In this document: piece by piece, positions 25,614-30,935 of the stretch
How positions within the stretch are numbered: position 1 is the stretch's first letter
Layout of the letters: every line of letters starts with the position of its first letter
Origin: a virus
Taxonomy: Duplodnaviria > Heunggongvirae > Uroviricota > Caudoviricetes
DNA: 30,935 nucleotides
IMG/VR virus record: IMGVR_UViG_2802429247_000007
Coordinates: 1-30,935 of that record
Reading direction: 5' to 3' (one strand)
Position numbers and translations under genes: made by a program
The notes under the pieces: model-generated
Databases searched by the model: none
What the model saw: the letters and a program-made list of their open reading frames with translations, nothing else
Told to the model about the DNA's origin: nothing

Positions 25614-26318
25614 ATGTCCTCTAATTTTGAGCGTTCGCAACTGACGAAAATTATGATTTCGTCTGCACCGGTAACAGCAGAAACCCTGGATTCTGCCAGC
25701 TATCTTGGCCTGAGCTGTACAATCAAAGAGGTGCAGTTTACCGCAGGACAAAAGCAGGATATTGATGTCACCACGCTGTGTTCTGTTGAGCAGGAAAATA
25801 TTAACGGTCTTGGTGCCGCGTCAGAGATTTCCATGTCAGGCAACTTTTACCTCAATGCTGCCCAGAACGCGTTGCGCAGTGCCTATGACAATGACACCAC
25901 GTATGGCTTTAAAGTTATTTTTCCGTCAGGAAACGGATTTACCTTTATGGCAGAGGTGCGTCAGCATACCTGGTCTGCAGGAACCAATGGTGTTGTGGCT
26001 GCAACGTTTTCCCTGCGCCTGAAAGGTAAACCTGTGCTGACGACAGAGCCGCTGAAAGTGAAGGTCGATTTAAACAGCACGCTGCAGGTTTCTGCCGGAG
26101 CGAAACTCGAAATGGTGGTTGAGGCTGCCGGTGGTGTGCCGCCTTATTCTTATGTCTGGAAGAAAGGTAGTTCTCCTGTTTCCGGACAGACGGCGGCAAC
26201 GTTCAGTAAGGCATCAGCAGCATCTGGTGATGCCGGTGCGTATACCTGCGAGATTTCTGATTCAGCAAGCCCGGTTAACAAAGTGACCTCCACTTCCTGC
26301 ACTGTAACCGTCAGTTAA
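25614..26318 (+). CDS. Major tail protein with C-terminal Ig-like domain
   Basis: Start ATG 25614 after RBS caggag; C-terminal about 90 aa has Ig-like character (PPYSYVWKKGSSPVSGQTAATF...GAYTCEISD). Confidence 0.8.
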   Translation: MSSNFERSQLTKIMISSAPVTAETLDSASYLGLSCTIKEVQFTAGQKQDIDVTTLCSVEQENINGLGAASEISMSGNFYLNAAQNALRSAYDNDTTYGFKVIFPSGNGFTFMAEVRQHTWSAGTNGVVAATFSLRLKGKPVLTTEPLKVKVDLNSTLQVSAGAKLEMVVEAAGGVPPYSYVWKKGSSPVSGQTAATFSKASAASGDAGAYTCEISDSASPVNKVTSTSCTVTVS

Positions 26319-26704
26319 TGAGGATGGATGTGATGACTAAAAATATCCGTAATCTGGCACTGGCAACGATGTCGGGGTTTCGCCATAAAACCGTTGATGT
26401 GCCTGAATGGGAGGGAGCAACGGTTGTATTACGGGAACCTTCTGCAGAAGCCTGGTTGCGCTGGCAGGAGATCGTTAAAGCCAGGGAAGATGATACATCG
26501 CCATCTGTTGCAGAGCGTGCCCGCCGAAATCTGGAGGCGGACGTTGAACTGTTCATTGATGTTCTGTGTGATACCGGACTGCAACCTGTATTTTCAGAGG
26601 ATGATCGTGAACAGGTGATTGCCGTGTATGGCCCGGTGCATGCGCGGCTTCTTCGGCAGTCTCTGGAACTGATCAGTGATGCCGGAGAGGTTAAAAAAAA
26701 GTAG
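26318..26704 (+). CDS. Tail assembly chaperone G-like (start could also be 26324 or 26333)
   Basis: Acidic 128-aa protein ending at a slippery A-run; lambda G position. Confidence 0.7.
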   Translation: MRMDVMTKNIRNLALATMSGFRHKTVDVPEWEGATVVLREPSAEAWLRWQEIVKAREDDTSPSVAERARRNLEADVELFIDVLCDTGLQPVFSEDDREQVIAVYGPVHARLLRQSLELISDAGEVKKK

Positions 26705-27006
26705 CGCTTCCGGGGATGCGTTTTCTGATGATGCTGGCGCTCAGGATGGGGCGCACATTGTCAGAGTTACGCCGGGAAATGTCCGCATCAGAAATCATGA
26801 TGTGGGCAGAATTTGACAGGTTCAGCCCGCTGGGAGACGAACGGGCTGATATCCGGGCTGCCCAGATTGTTTCAGCTGTTTACGGTGCGCAGGGGGTCAA
26901 AGTGCCACTGAATGATGCGCTTCTTCAGTGGGAGAAGGAGCAGACAGAAGGCGTATCAGATCCATTTGCCGGACTGGAAAACGCGCTTTTAATAGTGTCT
27001 CAGTGA
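26318..27006 (+). CDS. Tail assembly chaperone GT-like fusion produced by programmed -1 frameshift at A_AAA_AAG (26695-26701)
   Basis: The -1 frame is open from 26695 and continues into ORF 26716..27006; conserved G/GT arrangement upstream of the tape measure gene. Confidence 0.6.
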
Positions 27007-27014
27007 GTCAACAT

Positions 27015-27038
27015 AACCGCTTCGGCGGTTTTTTTTTC
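27015..27038 (+). terminator. Terminator-like hairpin (aaccgc-ttcg-gcggtt followed by T9) between GT and the tape measure gene
   Basis: Read directly. Confidence 0.55.
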
Positions 27039-27047
27039 GTCCGGAGA

Positions 27048-30000
27048 ATGAGTGTGGCGACATTACGTGAACTGATTATTAAAATCTCGGCAAATTCCCG
27101 GTCATTCCAGTCAGAGATCTCCCGGGCTTCGCGTATGGGGCAGGATTACTACCGTACCATGCAGAACGGAGGCCGGCAGTCCGCTGCTGCATCCCGTGAA
27201 ATGCGGCGTGCACTGGCAGAAGTGACGGATCAGATAAATACAGCTAAATCTTCGGCACTGAATATGGCGGGGGCATTTGCCGGGGCTTTTGCTACCGGTC
27301 ATCTTATTTCTCTCGCCGATGAGTGGAATTCAGTAAATGCCCGTCTGAAGCAGGCCTCACAGTCCAGTGATGATTTTCAGGCATCACAGCGTGAATTAAT
27401 GGCGATCAGCCAGAGAACGGGGACGGCGTTTTCTGATAACGCCAGCCTTTTTGCCCGTTCTGCAGCTTCCATGCGGGAGTATGGTTACAGTTCTGAGGAG
27501 GTACTGAAAGTCACCGAGGCGATCTCCACGGGCCTGAAATTATCCGGTGCCAGTACAGCAGAAGCCAGTTCGGTGATCACGCAGTTCAGTCAGGCACTGG
27601 CGCAGGGAGTGCTGCGCGGTGAAGAGTTTAACTCGGTGAATGAGAACGGCGATCGTGTTATTCGTGCGCTGGCTGCGGGAATGGGGGTTGCCCGTAAGGA
27701 TCTGAAGGCCATGGCGGATAACGGAAAGTTGACCGCCGATAAGGTTGTTCCTGCACTGATTAGTCAGCTTGGGGCATTACGTGATGAATATGCGGCAATG
27801 CCTGATACGGTTTCATCCTCTGCAACCAAAGTTGAAAACGCCTTTATGGCCTGGGTTGGTGGTGCGAACGAGGCAAGCGGAGTGACGAAGACGCTCTCCG
27901 GTGTGCTGAATGGTATTGCAGGCAATATTGACACTGTGGCAACCGCTGCCGGTGCTCTGGTTGCCGTCGGGGTAGCCCGATATTTTGGCAATATGGCGTC
28001 TTCTGCTGGATCTGCAACTGCCGGATTAATTACTGCAGCCAGAAACGAAGTGGCTCTTGCGGAAGCGCAGCTCCGGGGGACACAGATAGCAACAGCCAGG
28101 GCGCGTGCGGCGGTTTATCGTGCGCAACAGGCGGTTGTTGCTGCTCGCGGTACCGAAAGGCAGGCAGCCGCAGAAGCGAAACTGGCTGCTGCCCAGGCAT
28201 CACTTACCCGTAATATTGCGGCCAGAACAGCAGCACAGACAACGCTGAATACTGTCACGTCAGTGGGAAGTCGTCTGTTAAGTGGAGCACTGGGACTGGT
28301 TGGTGGGGTGCCGGGGCTTGTCATGCTGGGGGCCGCGGCCTGGTACACGATGTATCAGAATCAGGAGCAGGCCAGAGAATCTGCACGCCAGTATGCCGCA
28401 ACAATCGACGAAATTCGCCAGAAAACGTCGGCAATGTCGCTTCCTGAAGCGTCAGATAATGAGGAAAAGACGCGGCAGGCACTGGAGGAACAAAATCGCC
28501 TGATTAGCGAACAGGAAGGAAAAATTCGCGGACTGAAAAATCAAATTGCTGATTATCAACGTTGGCTTGATGAAAGTTCGCAGAGTGGTTCGGGTGCTGA
28601 AATCATCCTTAAAGGGCTTGCCGAAGCAACAAATCAACTGGCAGTTGAACAATCCCGTCTCACTCAAATGCAGGGCAAAGCGCAATCTATTCAGGATGTG
28701 CTTGCCGGGCTGGAGGAGCGACGGGTGGCGTTGATCCGTCAACAGGCGGCGGAACAAAACAAAGCGTATCAGTCCCTGTTGATCATGAATGGGCAGCATA
28801 CCGAGTTTAATCGCCTTCTTGGGCTTGGTAATGAATTACTTCAGCAGCGACAGGGGCTGGTGAATGTACCGTTACGGCTACCACAGGCAACCCTGGATGA
28901 TAAACAGCAGACCGCACTGAATAACAGCAAGCGCGAACTGGCTCTGTCCCGCCTTAAGGGGGAAGCGCGTGAGCGTGCCCGACTGGGCTATGCTGCGGAT
29001 GATCTCGGCTTTGTGGGAGAGGCGTATCAGACAGCCAGACAGAATTATATCAATAACTCACTGGATGCCTGGCGAAATAACCAGGCAAATAAACCCAAAA
29101 CGCATAAAAAGACCGAAGCGGAAAAAACAGAAGATATTTATAAACGGCTGATTAAACAGCAAAAAGAACAGATAGCACTGGCAGGGCAGAATACTGAACT
29201 GGCTAAGATGAAATATCAGGTCAGTCAGGGCGAATTATCAACCTTATCAGAAGCGCAGAAACAAACCCTTTTACAGAATGCAGCACTCATCGACCAGAAA
29301 AAAATTCGTGAGCAAATTGCTGCTTATGAAAGCAGCCTGGCGGACAGTAACGCCAGTGTCAGGGCATCAAATGAGGCTCAGTTGTTAGGGTATGGAGACG
29401 GAACACGAATACGTGAGCGGCTTCAGGAAATGTGGAACATCCGACAGGAGTTTGAGCAGAAAAATAATGAGTTGCTGAGACAGTACCAGACCGGAGAAAT
29501 CGAAGAAGCCCTGTGGAAACAGGAAAAAACGCTGAATGAAAAATATCTGGAGGAGCGTCTCAACGATCAGCAGGATTATTATGCAAAGGCCGATGCTTTA
29601 CGCAGTAACTGGAATGCCGGGCTCAAAGAGGGGCTGACGAACTGGGCAGACAGTGCCACTGATTATGCTTCACAAGCGGCAGATGCGGTCGTTTCCACTA
29701 TGGATGGTCTGGTTTCAAATATTTCTGAGGCACTGGCCGGAAACGTTGTGGACTGGAGAAACTGGGGGAGTTCGATCCTTCAGGAAGTTTCAAAAATCCT
29801 GATGAACGCGGCAATTGTTAACGGGCTGAAATCACTCTCCGGGACAATGTCGGGAGCGGGGGGATGGATTGGTAGTGTTGGCGACTGGCTTTCCGGTGCA
29901 GTGGCAAACGCAAAAGGTGGTGTTTATACATCGGCAAATCTGAGTGCTTACAGTAACACCATTGTGGATACCCCGACGTATTTTGCTTTTGCGAAAGGTG

Positions 30001-30266
30001 CCGGGCTGATGGGCGAGGCCGGGCCTGAAGCTATCATGCCACTGACCCGGGCAGCGGACGGCTCTCTTGGAGTCAGAGCCATTGGCAATGTGAATGGTGG
30101 CGGGGGATTTGTTTATTCTCCCGTGTATCACATCAGTATTCAGAATAAAGGGAGCAATGGCGAGATAGATACACAGTCAGCCAGGGGGCTGGTGGATCTG
30201 ATCGACAGCAGGGTTGTGTCAATTATGCAGTCATCACGTCGGGACGGAGGATTATACAGTGCCTGA
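27048..30266 (+). CDS. Tail tape measure protein (lambda H-like)
   Basis: 1072 aa from ATG 27048 (RBS ggagaatg); long alpha-helical Ala/Gln-rich protein with C-terminal Gly-rich segment. Confidence 0.93.
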   Translation: MSVATLRELIIKISANSRSFQSEISRASRMGQDYYRTMQNGGRQSAAASREMRRALAEVTDQINTAKSSALNMAGAFAGAFATGHLISLADEWNSVNARLKQASQSSDDFQASQRELMAISQRTGTAFSDNASLFARSAASMREYGYSSEEVLKVTEAISTGLKLSGASTAEASSVITQFSQALAQGVLRGEEFNSVNENGDRVIRALAAGMGVARKDLKAMADNGKLTADKVVPALISQLGALRDEYAAMPDTVSSSATKVENAFMAWVGGANEASGVTKTLSGVLNGIAGNIDTVATAAGALVAVGVARYFGNMASSAGSATAGLITAARNEVALAEAQLRGTQIATARARAAVYRAQQAVVAARGTERQAAAEAKLAAAQASLTRNIAARTAAQTTLNTVTSVGSRLLSGALGLVGGVPGLVMLGAAAWYTMYQNQEQARESARQYAATIDEIRQKTSAMSLPEASDNEEKTRQALEEQNRLISEQEGKIRGLKNQIADYQRWLDESSQSGSGAEIILKGLAEATNQLAVEQSRLTQMQGKAQSIQDVLAGLEERRVALIRQQAAEQNKAYQSLLIMNGQHTEFNRLLGLGNELLQQRQGLVNVPLRLPQATLDDKQQTALNNSKRELALSRLKGEARERARLGYAADDLGFVGEAYQTARQNYINNSLDAWRNNQANKPKTHKKTEAEKTEDIYKRLIKQQKEQIALAGQNTELAKMKYQVSQGELSTLSEAQKQTLLQNAALIDQKKIREQIAAYESSLADSNASVRASNEAQLLGYGDGTRIRERLQEMWNIRQEFEQKNNELLRQYQTGEIEEALWKQEKTLNEKYLEERLNDQQDYYAKADALRSNWNAGLKEGLTNWADSATDYASQAADAVVSTMDGLVSNISEALAGNVVDWRNWGSSILQEVSKILMNAAIVNGLKSLSGTMSGAGGWIGSVGDWLSGAVANAKGGVYTSANLSAYSNTIVDTPTYFAFAKGAGLMGEAGPEAIMPLTRAADGSLGVRAIGNVNGGGGFVYSPVYHISIQNKGSNGEIDTQSARGLVDLIDSRVVSIMQSSRRDGGLYSA

Positions 30267-30600
30267 GCCTGAAGTTTTTAACTGGATCCCCCGCGAGGGG
30301 ATGGAGACGACACGAAAGCCATCTGTTATTACGGTAAAGTTCGGTGACGGATATGAACAGCGGCGGGCTGGTGGTCTGAATGCGGATCTGAAAACGTTTA
30401 AACCGGTGTTTCGTGTCACAGATGAATATTCCCGTGCTGCGCTGGACAGTTTTTTATCCCGTCATGCCGGGATACGTGCTTTTTTGTGGCGCCCGCCAAA
30501 ACACAACAGGACTGTCAGGGTTGTCTGCAGGGAGTGGAGTACTTCGGATAATGCCATGTATACCGATTTTAACTGTACCTTTGAAGAGGTCACTCACTGA
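30259..30600 (+). CDS. M: Minor tail protein M (GTG start)
   Basis: Aligns with lambda gpM from memory (FGDGYEQRRAGGLNADLKTF...FLWRPP...). Confidence 0.88.
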   Translation: MPEPEVFNWIPREGMETTRKPSVITVKFGDGYEQRRAGGLNADLKTFKPVFRVTDEYSRAALDSFLSRHAGIRAFLWRPPKHNRTVRVVCREWSTSDNAMYTDFNCTFEEVTH

Positions 30601-30935
30601 TGCAGGATATACAACAGGAAACACTGAATGAATGTATCCGTGCGGAGCAGTCGGCCAGCGTGGTGCTCTGGGAAATTGATCTGACAGAGGTCGGTGGGGA
30701 GCGTTACTTTTTCTGCAATGAGCAGAACGAAAAAGGTGAACCGGTTACCTGGCAGGGGCGAAAGTATCAGGCGTACCCCATTCAGGGAAGCGGCTTTGAG
30801 ATGAACGGTAAGGGCAGCAGCGCACGTCCCACACTTAAGGTATCAAACCTGCACGGCATGGTCACCGGGATGGCGGAAGATCTGCAGAGTCTGGTCGGCG
30901 GAACGGTGGTCCGGCGTAAGGTTTACGCCCGTTTT
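30600..30935 (+). CDS. L: Minor tail protein L, N-terminal 112 codons (truncated by window end)
   Basis: MQDIQQETLNECIRAEQSASVVLWEIDLTEVGGERYFFCNEQNEKGEPVTWQG... is near-identical to lambda gpL from memory; start overlaps the M stop. Confidence 0.93.
   Translation, partial: MQDIQQETLNECIRAEQSASVVLWEIDLTEVGGERYFFCNEQNEKGEPVTWQGRKYQAYPIQGSGFEMNGKGSSARPTLKVSNLHGMVTGMAEDLQSLVGGTVVRRKVYARF

Larger units (their letters stand above)
1..30935. mobile_element. Lambdoid prophage, internal portion (integrase end through tail genes); continues beyond the right edge of the window
   Basis: Lambda-like gene order read from ORF translations: int-xis-exo...cI/cro-O...rusA-Q-S-R-Rz-terminase-portal-protease-capsid-tail G/GT-tape measure-M-L. 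Confidence 0.9.

Noticed and set aside
27764-28348. Minus-strand ORFs inside the tape measure gene
   Set aside because: Ala/Pro-rich shadow frames of the Ala/Gln-rich tape measure gene.

Overview
This window reads as one contiguous lambdoid (Rac/HK97-like mosaic) prophage of an enterobacterial host, in lambda gene order. All calls come from reading the sequence and ORF translations; no database search was run. Left to right: integrase and excisionase (minus strand), a large early-left exonuclease gene and several small unknown early genes, a cI-like repressor with divergent cro-like and YdaT-like genes, an O-like replication initiator with internal iteron-like repeats, then an accessory (nin-like) region, RusA, antiterminator Q, a phage-21-type lysis cassette, an HNH endonuclease, terminase, HK97-type head genes and lambda-type tail genes (G/GT frameshift, tape measure, M, start of L). 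The most interesting part is the accessory region (about 9.4-13.7 kb). It holds a two-gene CBASS-like cassette (SMODS-type nucleotidyltransferase plus SLATT-type two-transmembrane effector) bracketed by a degenerate tRNA-Pro 3' fragment and a truncated second integrase, followed by a hok-family toxin locus and a lipoprotein gene. This looks like a defence island nested inside the prophage. The immunity region also shows three copies of a 16-bp inverted repeat (GTTTT-N6-AAAAC) placed over the candidate pL, pRM and pR promoters, and cI appears to be leaderless.
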